Below are positions 23,011 to 32,000 of a stretch of 32,000 nt of DNA, one piece after another. Every line of letters begins with the position of its first letter. The first letter of the stretch is position 1. Source of the DNA: Acidothermus cellulolyticus 11B (GTDB taxonomy: Bacteria; Actinomycetota; Actinomycetes; Acidothermales; Acidothermaceae); contig NC_008578.1 of NCBI RefSeq assembly GCF_000015025.1, positions 1,290,001 through 1,322,000 on the forward strand, written 5' to 3'. Both the position numbers and the translations under genes were made by a program. The notes beneath the pieces are model-generated. The model was given only the letters and a program-made list of their open reading frames with translations. It ran no database searches and had not been told where the DNA came from.

Positions 23011-23946
23011 TCAGACAACCACCGAGTCGGGCCACTCCGGCGGGGTGCCGCCGAATTCCGGGCACACCGCACGGAAGGCACACCATTCACAGCCACGGCT
23101 GCGGCGAGGCGGAAAATGCCGAGTGCGCAGCGCACGGTCAATTGCCGCCCAGAGGGCTCGAATCTTTCGTTCGACGGCCAGCAGATCCGCCTCTTCCGGG
23201 GCATACCGCAGCACCTGGCCGTCACCCAGGTAAATGAGCTGCAACAGAGCGGGAACGACACCGTTCACCCGCCACCACGCCAGCGCGTAGAACTTCAACT
23301 GAAACAGCGCCTTCTCTTCAAACGATTCCGGCGGCGCGACACCGGTCTTGTAATCGACGATCCGCACCTCCCCGGTCGGTGCGACATCGAGACGGTCGAC
23401 GAAACCACGGAGCCGAATACCATCCGCCAGCTGCGTCTCCACGAGGAGTTCCCGCTCGGTCGGCTGGATTCGCGTCGGATTTTCAATGGTGAAATACCGC
23501 CGGAGCAAATCCGCCGCGCTGGCCAGCCAGTCGTCACAGGACGACGGAGGCATCTCAGGGTCGGCGAAGAGGTCGGCAAGCTCCGGCCGCGCCGCGCACA
23601 GCTCCTGCCACGACCGCGACACCAGCGCCAACGCCTTCTCGAGCACCCGCTCGGCCGGCGGGAGATCGAAGAGTTGATCGAGAACCGCGTGGACCAGTGT
23701 GCCCCGCACACTGACCGGATCGGGCGGCTCGGGCAGCCGGTCGATGCAGCGCAGCCGGTACAGCAGCGGGCAGGTCATGAAATCAGCCGCCCGGGACGGC
23801 GAGAGAGCCACCGGTGCGCCGGGCACCGCAGAAGGCCGCGACCGCGAGGCACTTGCCGGCCGAGCCGCAGAAACCTCCATCAGATCGGGCAACTGGACCA
23901 TGGTCGGCAGCTTACGCGGCGCCACCGACGTTCTTGAGCAATCCAC
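23011..23946 (-). CDS. PD-(D/E)XK RecB/Cas4-like nuclease with an Fe-S Cys quartet
   Basis: From the ORF track. Motifs seen: LSPSRAADFMTCPLLYRLR, RGTLVHAVLD, GFVDRLD...IVDYKTG, QLKFYALAWW, and C-terminal CEWCAFRAVC. The start is uncertain, with in-frame ATGs also near 23901 and 23880. Confidence 0.8.
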   Translation of the reverse strand: MDCSRTSVAPRKLPTMVQLPDLMEVSAARPASASRSRPSAVPGAPVALSPSRAADFMTCPLLYRLRCIDRLPEPPDPVSVRGTLVHAVLDQLFDLPPAERVLEKALALVSRSWQELCAARPELADLFADPEMPPSSCDDWLASAADLLRRYFTIENPTRIQPTERELLVETQLADGIRLRGFVDRLDVAPTGEVRIVDYKTGVAPPESFEEKALFQLKFYALAWWRVNGVVPALLQLIYLGDGQVLRYAPEEADLLAVERKIRALWAAIDRALRTRHFPPRRSRGCEWCAFRAVCPEFGGTPPEWPDSVVV

Positions 23947-23975
23947 GCCGCGTTTCGGCCGCCTAGCATCGAGAT

Positions 23976-25115
23976 GTGAATCCAGCGTCCCCGCCGGAAG
24001 CGAGCCGCCCGTCGTCCGGAAGCGGGCTGCGGCTCGGCTACGTCTTCGGCGCGCCGGTCATCGTCGGTCCGAGCTGGCTGCTGTTCTTGGCGTGGATCAC
24101 CTGGCAATTCGCGCCCGTCGTCGCTGACGCAGTACCAGGAATCCGAGAGGGGCGCTACCTCGTCTCAGCCTGCTTCGGGGTGTTTCTCGGCCTCTCGGTG
24201 CTCGCGCACGAACTTGCCCACCTCGTCGCGGCCCGGTGGTTCGGGATCCCGAGCGACCGCATTGTCCTGACCGCACTGGCCGGCCACACTGCGCTGAGCC
24301 GCGAACCCGACCGGCCACGGCGGATGTTCGTCGTGGCCCTGAGCGGGCCGCTCGCCAACCTGCTCATCGCGGCAGCCGCGGCGGCCGCCCACCGGGTGCT
24401 GCCGGCGCACACGGTCTCCGCGGTGCTCACGGCAGGTCTTGCCTGGACCAACGGCATCGTCGGTGTCTACAACCTGCTGCCCGGGCTCCCGCTGGACGGC
24501 GGCCAGATGCTGCGCGCACTGGTCTGGGCGATAACCCGCCGGCCGCGGCTCGGCGTCCTTGTCGGCGCCTGGTCGGGCCGGCTGGTCGGACTGGCGACCG
24601 TACTCTTCGGCGCCTATCTCTTCACCCGTCGGGAACCGAACGCCCAGCTCGACGGCCTCTGGGCGTTGCTGATCGGCGGAATGCTGCTCATGTCATCCGG
24701 CGCGGTTCTGCGTCAGCAGGCGCTGCGGGACAAGTTGCCTCAGCTCTCCGCCCGGGCCCTCACCCGCCGGGCGCTTCCGGTCACCGCTGACGTGCCGCTG
24801 GCCGAAGCGGTACGCCGCGCGCAGGAGTCGAAGGCCGGGGGACTCGTCATTGTCGACGGGTATGGCCGGCCCACTGCCGTGGTGAGCGAAGCGGCTGTCG
24901 TCGCCACCCCGGAGTCCCGCCGGCCGTGGGTGAGCGTCGCCACCGTGAGCCGCACAATTTCGCACTCCGAGCTCCTTCCGGCGGATCTCGCCGGCGAAGC
25001 CCTGCTGGAGCGGCTGCGGTCCACGCCGGCCTCCGAGTACGTCGTCGTTGACACGGACGGCGCGATCTACGGCGTCCTCGCCGCGGCGGATGTCGCCGCC
25101 GCGCTGCGGGGCTGA
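23976..25115 (+). CDS. M50 site-2 protease family protein with a C-terminal CBS pair
   Basis: From the ORF track. It has HELAHLVAA (HExxH), NLLPGLPLDGG, multiple TM helices and a C-terminal CBS-like region (VTADVPLAEAVRRAQESKAGGLVIVD...YVVVDTDGAIYGVL). Confidence 0.85.
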   Translation: MNPASPPEASRPSSGSGLRLGYVFGAPVIVGPSWLLFLAWITWQFAPVVADAVPGIREGRYLVSACFGVFLGLSVLAHELAHLVAARWFGIPSDRIVLTALAGHTALSREPDRPRRMFVVALSGPLANLLIAAAAAAAHRVLPAHTVSAVLTAGLAWTNGIVGVYNLLPGLPLDGGQMLRALVWAITRRPRLGVLVGAWSGRLVGLATVLFGAYLFTRREPNAQLDGLWALLIGGMLLMSSGAVLRQQALRDKLPQLSARALTRRALPVTADVPLAEAVRRAQESKAGGLVIVDGYGRPTAVVSEAAVVATPESRRPWVSVATVSRTISHSELLPADLAGEALLERLRSTPASEYVVVDTDGAIYGVLAAADVAAALRG

Positions 25116-25138
25116 GACCACCCGATACCCTGCGGCAC

Positions 25139-26020
25139 GTGACCGCCGACGCGTTAGCGCCAGGAGACCGGGTCCAACTCATCGACCCCAAGGGACGGCG
25201 TCATCTGATCGTCCTCGAACCGGGCCGGCAATTCCACACCCACCAAGGAATCATCGAGCACGATCACCTGATCGGCCAGCCGGAAGGTTGCGTCGTCCAG
25301 TCCACCCGGGGGACGGCGTACCTTGCCTTCCGGCCGACGCTCGCTGACTTTGTCCTGGCCATGCCGCGCGGTGCAGCGGTCGTCTACCCCAAGGACGCCG
25401 CGATGATCATCGGGTACGCCGACGTCTTCCCGGGAGCGGTCGTGCTCGAGGCAGGCGCCGGTTCGGGCGCCCTCACCTGCTGGCTGCTCCGGGCGGCTGG
25501 CGATCGCGGCAAGGTGATCTCTGTGGAGCGGCGGCCGGATTTCGCGATGATCGCCCGGCGCAACGTGACGCGGTTCTTTGGCGCCCTCCCGCCGACGTGG
25601 CGGCTGGTCGTCGGTGATCTCACCGAGGTGACCGCCGCGGCACCTATCCGGCGGGTTGATCGAATCGTCCTCGATCTGCTGGAACCGTGGGCCTGCGTGC
25701 CGGCGGTCGCGCGCCTGCTGGTGCCGGGTGGACTGCTCTGCAGCTACGTCGCCACCACGACGCAGCTCAGCCGGATCGTCGAGACCCTACGGTCCCACGG
25801 GGAATTCGCTGAGCCGGTCGCGTTCGAGACGTTGCTGCGCACCTGGCACGTTGACGGACTCGCCGTTCGCCCGGACCACCGCATGATCGGCCACACCGGA
25901 TTCCTCGTGCTGGCCCGCCGGGTCGCGGACGGCGTCATCCCGCCGCCGCGGCGCCGCCGTCCGGCTCACGGCGCCCACCGGCTCCCCGAGAGCCAACCGC
26001 CGGGGGGCGAGGACGGGTAA
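25139..26020 (+). CDS. trmI: tRNA (adenine58-N1)-methyltransferase
   Basis: From the ORF track. It has the GCD14/TrmI pattern GDRVQLIDPKGRRHLIVL...MPRGAAVVYPKDAAMI...VLEAGAGSGALT. It has the conserved position upstream of arc (Rv2118c-like). Confidence 0.85.
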   Translation: MTADALAPGDRVQLIDPKGRRHLIVLEPGRQFHTHQGIIEHDHLIGQPEGCVVQSTRGTAYLAFRPTLADFVLAMPRGAAVVYPKDAAMIIGYADVFPGAVVLEAGAGSGALTCWLLRAAGDRGKVISVERRPDFAMIARRNVTRFFGALPPTWRLVVGDLTEVTAAAPIRRVDRIVLDLLEPWACVPAVARLLVPGGLLCSYVATTTQLSRIVETLRSHGEFAEPVAFETLLRTWHVDGLAVRPDHRMIGHTGFLVLARRVADGVIPPPRRRRPAHGAHRLPESQPPGGEDG

Positions 26021-26034
26021 CCGGGTTCCCGCGG

Positions 26035-26346
26035 TCAGTCCGCCGCGTCCGGACCAGCGATCTCGACCCCGTCAGCAACCCGGACGACGTGAATGCACGC
26101 CCCAGGACAACGCCGGGCCGAATCGACCACTTCGGCGAGGCAGCCGCCGGGCACCCGGACCCGCGCACCCGGTTCGGTGCGGAGCTCACCGTCCGGGCCC
26201 TTCACGTAGGCCAGACCATCCAGGTCGAGCTCGAACACGTCACGAGCTTCCTGGACGCACAGCCCGTCGCCGGTGCAGAGCGACTGGTCGATCCAGACCT
26301 CGACCGCGGGTTCGGTGGCCGTTTCGTCGCCGGACGTTGACCTCAC
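26035..26346 (-). CDS. Single-cluster ferredoxin
   Basis: This is the in-frame tail of track ORF 26035..26637, whose upstream part is Arg-rich junk. It has CTGDGLC...CPGAC (a CxxDxxC...CP ferredoxin pattern). A GTG at 26346 is proposed as the start but is uncertain, because the Shine-Dalgarno sequence is too close. Confidence 0.7.
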   Translation of the reverse strand: MRSTSGDETATEPAVEVWIDQSLCTGDGLCVQEARDVFELDLDGLAYVKGPDGELRTEPGARVRVPGGCLAEVVDSARRCPGACIHVVRVADGVEIAGPDAAD

Positions 26347-26591
26347 CTCCGATCGATGCCGTACCGACCATCGGCCTCCCGGCAGGCACGGACCGCCCGG
26401 AATCGCGTCAGGTCGGGGTTCGTTCCGACGATAACCATGGCAACGAACGACCCGAACAACGGCTCGATTCGCTGCGGTACACCGGTCCGCAGCGACGATA
26501 GGGTCGAAGAGAGGTCGGACCATAGGAGCAAACCGGACGGTCGCGGGACTCGTAGACAGTAACGAGACGGCGTCGACCTCGACGGTAGGAG

Positions 26592-28352
26592 GTGAGGCTG
26601 GTGGCGAGCCGTGAAGACCGCGACGCGGCCAATGCACGAGTGATCCAGCTTCAGCAGCAGGTGGAACGACTCGAAGAGGAAGTCGCGAGTTTGCGACGCC
26701 GGCTCGCCGAGTCGCCGCGGGGCAGCCGATCCCTGGAGGAGCGGCTCGCCGCCGCGCAAGCGACCATCGCCGGTCTGACCAGTCAGAACGAACGACTCGT
26801 CGCCACTCTGAAAGAGGCCCGGGATCAGATCGTTGCGCTCCGCGAAGAAGTCGACCGCCTCGCGCAACCGCCGTCCGGTTATGGCATCTTCCTCGGCCGC
26901 CACGAGGACGGCACGGTTGACGTGTTCACCGGCGGGCGCAAGCTCCGTGTCACCGTGAGCCCGTCGGTCGACGTCGACAGCCTGCGCAAAGGGCAAGAGG
27001 TGATGCTCAACGAGGCGCTGAACGTCGTCCGGGCCATGTCGTTTGAACGGCAAGGCGAAGTCGTCATGTTCAAGGAATTGTTGGACGGCGACCGCGCCCT
27101 GGTCATCGCCCACGCTGATGAAGAACGCGTCGTCATGCTGGCCGATTCGCTGGCCGACACCCCCCTGCGAGTGGGCGATTCGCTCCTCATCGAACCCCGT
27201 TCCGGCTTCGCGTACGAGCGAATTCCCAAGGCCGAAGTCGAGGAACTTGTCTTGGAAGAAGTGCCGGACGTCGACTACTCAAAGATCGGCGGCCTCAGCG
27301 CGCAGATCGAGCAGATCCGGGACGCCATCGAACTGCCGTACCTGTACCCCGAGCTGTTCAAGGAGCACAAGCTGCGGCCGCCGAAAGGCGTGCTGCTCTA
27401 CGGCCCGCCGGGGTGCGGCAAGACCCTCATCGCCAAGGCGGTGGCGAATTCCCTGGCGAAGAAGGTCGCCGAAGTGACCGGAAAACCGGAGGGGAAGAGT
27501 TTCTTCCTCAACATCAAGGGCCCGGAGTTGCTGAACAAATACGTGGGGGAGACCGAGCGACACATCCGGCTCGTCTTCCAACGGGCGCGGGAGAAGGCCA
27601 GCGGCGGCTGGCCGGTCATCGTCTTCTTCGACGAAATGGATTCCATTTTCCGCACCCGCGGTTCCGGCGTGAGCTCGGACGTGGAGAACACCATCGTTCC
27701 CCAGCTGCTCAGCGAAATCGACGGTGTCGAAGGGTTGGAGAACGTCATCGTCATCGGTGCGTCGAACCGGGAAGACATGATCGACCCCGCGATCCTGCGA
27801 CCGGGCCGGCTGGACGTGAAAATCAAGATTGAGCGACCGGACGCCGAGGCGGCGCGGGACATTTTCAGCAAGTACATCACGCCGGACCTTCCGCTCCACC
27901 CGGACGACCTTGCCGAACATGGCGGTTCCCGGGAAGCCACCGTGCAGGCGATGATTCAGCACGCCGTCGAACGGATGTACGCCGAAACCGAGGAGAACCG
28001 GTTCCTCGAGGTGACGTATGCCAACGGCGATAAAGAGGTGCTGTACTTCAAGGACTTCAACTCCGGAGCGATGATTCAGAACATCGTCGACCGGGCCAAG
28101 AAGATGGCCATCAAGGATTTCCTGGAGACCGGGCAGAAGGGCCTGCGCATCCAGCACCTGATGGCCGCCTGCTACGACGAGTTCAAGGAGAACGAGGATC
28201 TCCCGAACACCACCAACCCCGACGACTGGGCCCGGATCTCGGGCAAGAAGGGCGAACGGATCGTCTACATCCGCACGCTCATCTCCGGCAAGCAGGGCAC
28301 CGAGGCCGGCCGGTCGATCGACACCATCGCCAATACCGGTCAGTACCTGTAG
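26592..28352 (+). CDS. arc: Proteasome-associated AAA ATPase ARC/Mpa
   Basis: From the ORF track. It has an N-terminal coiled coil, QPPSGYG, Walker A GPPGCGKT, Walker B IVFFDEMD and the C-terminal docking motif GQYL. The in-frame GTG at 26601, 8 nt after AGGAGG (26587-26592), is the more likely start. Confidence 0.95.
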   Translation: MRLVASREDRDAANARVIQLQQQVERLEEEVASLRRRLAESPRGSRSLEERLAAAQATIAGLTSQNERLVATLKEARDQIVALREEVDRLAQPPSGYGIFLGRHEDGTVDVFTGGRKLRVTVSPSVDVDSLRKGQEVMLNEALNVVRAMSFERQGEVVMFKELLDGDRALVIAHADEERVVMLADSLADTPLRVGDSLLIEPRSGFAYERIPKAEVEELVLEEVPDVDYSKIGGLSAQIEQIRDAIELPYLYPELFKEHKLRPPKGVLLYGPPGCGKTLIAKAVANSLAKKVAEVTGKPEGKSFFLNIKGPELLNKYVGETERHIRLVFQRAREKASGGWPVIVFFDEMDSIFRTRGSGVSSDVENTIVPQLLSEIDGVEGLENVIVIGASNREDMIDPAILRPGRLDVKIKIERPDAEAARDIFSKYITPDLPLHPDDLAEHGGSREATVQAMIQHAVERMYAETEENRFLEVTYANGDKEVLYFKDFNSGAMIQNIVDRAKKMAIKDFLETGQKGLRIQHLMAACYDEFKENEDLPNTTNPDDWARISGKKGERIVYIRTLISGKQGTEAGRSIDTIANTGQYL

Positions 28353-28437
28353 GTTGCGGACTGCGTGTCAACCGAGCGGCCTGTAGGCCGCGGACCGGGC
28401 GTCATCCGACTGGCCTGCACAAGCCACGCACCGGAAG

Positions 28438-29154
28438 TCAACCGAGCGGAGGCAACAGGCCGGTGACCTCGAGGAGGTACCGACCGTCCGGGACGAAGGG
28501 GAAGTCGGGCCTCGCGAGCTGCTCCGCGAGCATCGGAAGCGTCCACCAGTCGCCCCAGGCGACCTCTTCCGGCTGGTGAATGATCGGCCCATCCCAGGTC
28601 GTCTCGAACACGTGGTACACCGCCTGGGCCCGATCATCCGCCCAGCGGACAACGGTCAACGGCCGGAGCACTGCTCCTCGGATGCCGAGTTCTTCGGCGA
28701 GCTCGCGGACGGCGCCAATCTCCGGCCGCTCCCCGTGCGTCAGGACACCGCCGGCCCAGCAGTCGTACGCCCCGGGGTAGATGTCCTTGGTCGGGGTGCG
28801 CCGATGCACGTAGATCCGGCCGTCCCCCCGGCGAACGGCGACCGCGGTCGCGGCATGCAACAACCGCCGGCGGCGAACCTCCGCCCGCGGCGCCACCCCA
28901 ACGGGACGCCCATCCTCGGCTAGGACGGTGACGAGCTCGGACGCCGCGCCGACCGCGGCCGGGATATCACCGGTCCCAGGAGCAGGGGTATCGCCGGCCA
29001 CCGTCACATTCTCCCGCGTGCCGGGCCATTCCACGCAGGCCCGCGCAGGCTCACCGTCTACCCGCGCCGGGACCGCGTGCCGGGCCAGTCCGGGCAGCCC
29101 GGCGCCCACCCGCCGGCCGCGCCTACCCGCGCCGGGCTGCGTGCCGCCGTCCAC
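28438..29154 (-). CDS. Nudix hydrolase
   Basis: From the ORF track. The Nudix box GGVLTHGERPEIGAVRELAEELGI fits GX5EX7REUXEEXGU. The start is uncertain. An in-frame GTG at 29007 would give 189 aa and avoid crowding the dop start. Confidence 0.8.
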   Translation of the reverse strand: MDGGTQPGAGRRGRRVGAGLPGLARHAVPARVDGEPARACVEWPGTRENVTVAGDTPAPGTGDIPAAVGAASELVTVLAEDGRPVGVAPRAEVRRRRLLHAATAVAVRRGDGRIYVHRRTPTKDIYPGAYDCWAGGVLTHGERPEIGAVRELAEELGIRGAVLRPLTVVRWADDRAQAVYHVFETTWDGPIIHQPEEVAWGDWWTLPMLAEQLARPDFPFVPDGRYLLEVTGLLPPLG

Positions 29155-29180
29155 CCGGCCCGAGTCCGTAGGCTGGGAGT

Positions 29181-30698
29181 GTGACGGTGCACCGGGTCAT
29201 GGGGATCGAAACCGAGTACGGCATCTCGGTGCCGCACCAACCGAATGCGAACGCGATGGCCGCCTCTTCCCAGGTGGTCAACGCATACGCGCCGATCGGT
29301 GCGCCGGCGCAGCGGCAGGCCCGCTGGGATTTCGAGGAAGAGAACCCGTTGCGCGACGCCCGGGGATTTGAAGTGGCCCGGGAGGCCGCCGATCCCTCGC
29401 AGCTCACCGATGAAGATCTTGGGCTGGCGAATGTCATTCTCACCAACGGCGCCCGGTTGTACGTCGACCACGCCCATCCGGAGTACTCGACGCCAGAGGT
29501 GACGAATCCGCGTGACGCGGTGCTCTGGGACAAGGCCGGTGAGCGGATCATGGCCGAAGCGGCCCGCCGCGCCGCGGATTTGCCGATGGGATGGACCATC
29601 CAGCTCTACAAGAACAACACCGACAACAAGGGGGCCAGTTACGGCTGCCACGAGAACTACCTGATGAACCGGTCCACACCCTTCGCCGACATCGTGCGCC
29701 ATCTCATTCCCTTTTTCGTCACCCGACAGGTATTCTGCGGAGCCGGCCGGGTCGGGATCGGCGCCGACGGCCGGGGCGAAGGATTTCAGCTCAGCCAGCG
29801 GGCGGATTTCTTCGAAGTCGAAGTCGGCCTGGAGACGACGCTGAAACGGCCCATCATCAACACCCGTGACGAGCCGCACGCGGATCCGGAGAAATACCGC
29901 CGCCTCCATGTCATCATCGGCGACGCGAACATGAGCGAAATCGCGACCTACCTCAAGCTCGGCACGACCGCGCTGGTCCTTGCCATGATTGAAGACGGCT
30001 TTCTCTCGCAAGACTTCTCGGTTGAATCCCCGGTCGGGGCGTTGCGCGCCGTTTCCCATGACCCGACCTTGCGCTACCAGCTCCGGCTGCATGACGGACG
30101 ACGGCTCACCGCCGTCCAACTGCAGATGGAGTATCTCGAGCAGGCCCGCAAATATGTCGAGGACCGCTTTGGCACCGACGTCGACGACATGACCCGCGAT
30201 GTGCTGGACCGATGGGAGACGACCCTCGTCCGGCTGGCCGATGACCCCATGCAGCTGTCCCGCGACCTGGATTGGGTCGCGAAATTGAGCATCCTCGAAG
30301 GCTACCGCCAGCGGGAGAATCTGCCCTGGTCTGCGCACAAGTTGCAACTCGTCGACCTGCAATACCACGACGTCCGGCCGGATCGCGGCCTGTACAACCG
30401 GCTGGTCGCCCGGGGACGGATGAATCTCCTCGTCGATGAGGCTGCGGTGCGCACGGCGATGCACGAGCCGCCGAACGATACCCGGGCCTACTTCCGTGGG
30501 CGATGCCTGGCGAAATTCGGTGCCGAAATCGCCGCGGCGTCCTGGGATTCCGTCATTTTTGACCTGCCCGGCCGCGACTCGTTGCAACGCGTCCCCACCC
30601 TCGAACCACTCCGCGGCACACGGGCGCACGTCGGCGACCTGCTCGACCGATGCCGCAGCGCGACGGAGCTCGTCGCTGCACTGACCGGCGGCCGATGA
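29181..30698 (+). CDS. dop: Pup deamidase/depupylase Dop
   Basis: From the ORF track. It has the N-terminal [10 protein letters not shown] motif of the Dop/PafA family and is about 500 aa long. It has the canonical position between arc and pup. Confidence 0.9.
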   Translation: MTVHRVMGIETEYGISVPHQPNANAMAASSQVVNAYAPIGAPAQRQARWDFEEENPLRDARGFEVAREAADPSQLTDEDLGLANVILTNGARLYVDHAHPEYSTPEVTNPRDAVLWDKAGERIMAEAARRAADLPMGWTIQLYKNNTDNKGASYGCHENYLMNRSTPFADIVRHLIPFFVTRQVFCGAGRVGIGADGRGEGFQLSQRADFFEVEVGLETTLKRPIINTRDEPHADPEKYRRLHVIIGDANMSEIATYLKLGTTALVLAMIEDGFLSQDFSVESPVGALRAVSHDPTLRYQLRLHDGRRLTAVQLQMEYLEQARKYVEDRFGTDVDDMTRDVLDRWETTLVRLADDPMQLSRDLDWVAKLSILEGYRQRENLPWSAHKLQLVDLQYHDVRPDRGLYNRLVARGRMNLLVDEAAVRTAMHEPPNDTRAYFRGRCLAKFGAEIAAASWDSVIFDLPGRDSLQRVPTLEPLRGTRAHVGDLLDRCRSATELVAALTGGR

Positions 30699-30845
30699 GA
30701 GCTAATGAGCGTGTACTTCCTCAGCTGAGCCGGCGCATGAGCCGAAGGATGGGTGTCACCGGCCGACGATAGATTCGACCGCGTACCGGTAGTCTCGGCG
30801 GCAGTACCGCCGGGTTCCTACCCGAATGCAAGGACGGGAGGGGAG

Positions 30846-31061
30846 ATGCCCGAGAAGGACACGGGGGGTCAGCACCGCGCGACCCGCCGGACGGAGGAGC
30901 ACGACGAGACGATCGACGAGGCGACCGCGACGAGCGACGTCCAGGAGCGCCGGGAGAAGCTCGACGCCGATGTCGACGCGATCCTCGACGAAATAGACGA
31001 CGTGCTCGAGGAGAACGCCGAGGAGTTCGTCCGCTCCTACATCCAGAAGGGCGGCGAATGA
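30846..31061 (+). CDS. pup: Prokaryotic ubiquitin-like protein Pup (C-terminal GGE)
   Basis: This is the in-frame tail of track ORF 30753..31061. The ATG at 30846 follows GGGAGGGGAG. The sequence is MPEKDTGGQHRATRRTEEHDETIDEATATSDVQERREKLDADVDAILDEIDDVLEENAEEFVRSYIQKGGE. It closely resembles mycobacterial Pup (QERREKL...DEIDDVLEENAE.FV..Y.QKGG). Confidence 0.95.
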   Translation: MPEKDTGGQHRATRRTEEHDETIDEATATSDVQERREKLDADVDAILDEIDDVLEENAEEFVRSYIQKGGE

Positions 31062-31172
31062 CGCCGACAGCCGGCGCCCGCCGCCGCCACAAGGTGGTAC
31101 CGTCTCGCCGCGGGACGGTCTGACGGACATCGAGACGATCTCATATGCGCTGAGGACGGAACGAGGGTGTCG

Positions 31173-32000
31173 ATGACGACGAGCGGAGGTCTGACCGGCC
31201 CGGGCGCGTTCGGCCGCCTGCCGCAGCCGTTCCACCAACCGGGAATCACCTCCTTTGTGGAATTTCTCGCCCTGCAGGCTCCGGATCTCCTGCCAGGGCG
31301 CCTGCAGATGCCGGCCGGCGGACAACCGCCCGAGGTGCCGCACGGTACGACGATCGTGGCAGTGGCCTACCAGGGCGGTGTGGTCATGGCGGGCGATCGG
31401 CGGGCCACCATGGGAAATGTCATCGCCCAGCGGGACATCGAGAAGGTGTTCCAGACGGACGAGCACTCCTGCGTCGGCATTGCCGGAAGCGCCGGCATCG
31501 CCCTCGAGGTGGTCCGGCTTTTCCAGGTTGAGCTCGAGCATTACGAGAAGCTGCAAGGCACCACCCTCTCGCTGGAGGGCAAGGCGAACCGGCTGGCGAT
31601 GATGATCCGGGCAAATCTGCCGATGGCGCTGCAGGGTTTGGCCGTTGTGCCGCTCTTCGCCGGGTACGACCTGTTCGCTGACGATCCGCAACGGGCCGGC
31701 CGGATCTTCTCCTTTGATGTCACCGGCGGCCGGTATGAGGAGCATTCCTTCCACGCCGTCGGTTCGGGCTCGACATTCGCACGGGGCGCGTTGAAGAAGC
31801 TGTTCCGCGACGACTTCGACGAACCGCACGCCGTCCGCACCTGCATCGAGGCCCTCTACGACGCGGCCGATGACGATTCCGCTACCGGCGGCCCAGACCT
31901 CACCCGTCGCATCTATCCAGTGGTCGCCGTCGTCGACGCCAATGGTTTTCGCCGCCTCGCCGATGACACGGTCGGCGGAGTCGTCGAGCAGGTGATTGCG
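31173..32000 (+). CDS. prcB: Proteasome beta subunit PrcB (propeptide plus most of the mature chain; runs off the right edge)
   Basis: Not in the ORF track because it is open at the window edge. My own translation gives [93 protein letters not shown]...[16 protein letters not shown]. The cleavage-site HG/TTIV and the catalytic Thr are present. A GTG at 31167 is an alternative start. Confidence 0.9.
   Translation, partial: MTTSGGLTGPGAFGRLPQPFHQPGITSFVEFLALQAPDLLPGRLQMPAGGQPPEVPHGTTIVAVAYQGGVVMAGDRRATMGNVIAQRDIEKVFQTDEHSCVGIAGSAGIALEVVRLFQVELEHYEKLQGTTLSLEGKANRLAMMIRANLPMALQGLAVVPLFAGYDLFADDPQRAGRIFSFDVTGGRYEEHSFHAVGSGSTFARGALKKLFRDDFDEPHAVRTCIEALYDAADDDSATGGPDLTRRIYPVVAVVDANGFRRLADDTVGGVVEQVIA

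Noticed and set aside
26347-26637. The long form of the ferredoxin ORF (200 aa)
   Set aside because: The extra 96 residues are Arg/Pro/Val-rich, have no ferredoxin-like features, and would overlap the arc start region. The short form was kept.
31058-31123. An ATGA-coupled ORF starting at the pup stop codon, considered as a prcB start
   Set aside because: That frame terminates after 21 codons. The PrcB frame with the HG/TTIV processing site starts at 31167 or 31173.
29058-31829. Minus-strand ORFs 29058..30629 (523 aa) and 30756..31829 (357 aa)
   Set aside because: They are antisense to dop, pup and prcB, all of which have unmistakable family signatures. These are shadow ORFs.

Overview
This is a high-GC (about 70% by eye) actinobacterial chromosomal segment. 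All calls rest on motif recognition in the supplied translations and on my own reading of the DNA; no searches were run. From memory, the conserved backbone follows the gene order of the Mycobacterium tuberculosis Rv2141c-to-prcB region. The backbone contains an M20 peptidase, then a histidine phosphatase / DUF3090 / SCO1664-family trio followed by mshC. It continues with a PAC2-family protein, metH, a HAD hydrolase, a RecB/Cas4-like nuclease, an M50 site-2 protease and TrmI. It ends with a ferredoxin and the Pup-proteasome locus (arc/mpa, dop, pup ending in GGE, and the start of prcB). Several accessory pieces interrupt this backbone. (1) A visibly lower-GC islet (about 1900-4100) abuts the 3' end of a tRNA-Leu(GAG). 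It carries one 558-aa ORF that fuses a TPR-like domain to a complete DEDDy 3'-5' exonuclease domain. A tandem 16-17-nt repeat array plus a perfect hairpin lie at its left border. I consider this the best candidate for something new. (2) A RES-toxin / Xre(DUF2384)-antitoxin pair sits next to a MacB-type ABC exporter. (3) An aldo-keto reductase is co-oriented with a RecD2-like protein whose ATPase motifs look degenerate. (4) A Nudix hydrolase is inserted between arc and dop. Several GC-rich intergenic direct repeats and stop-codon-overlapping micro-duplications are also present. No CRISPR array, rRNA, transposase or integrase was seen. Many long ORFs in the six-frame track are antisense or alternate-frame artefacts of high GC and were rejected.
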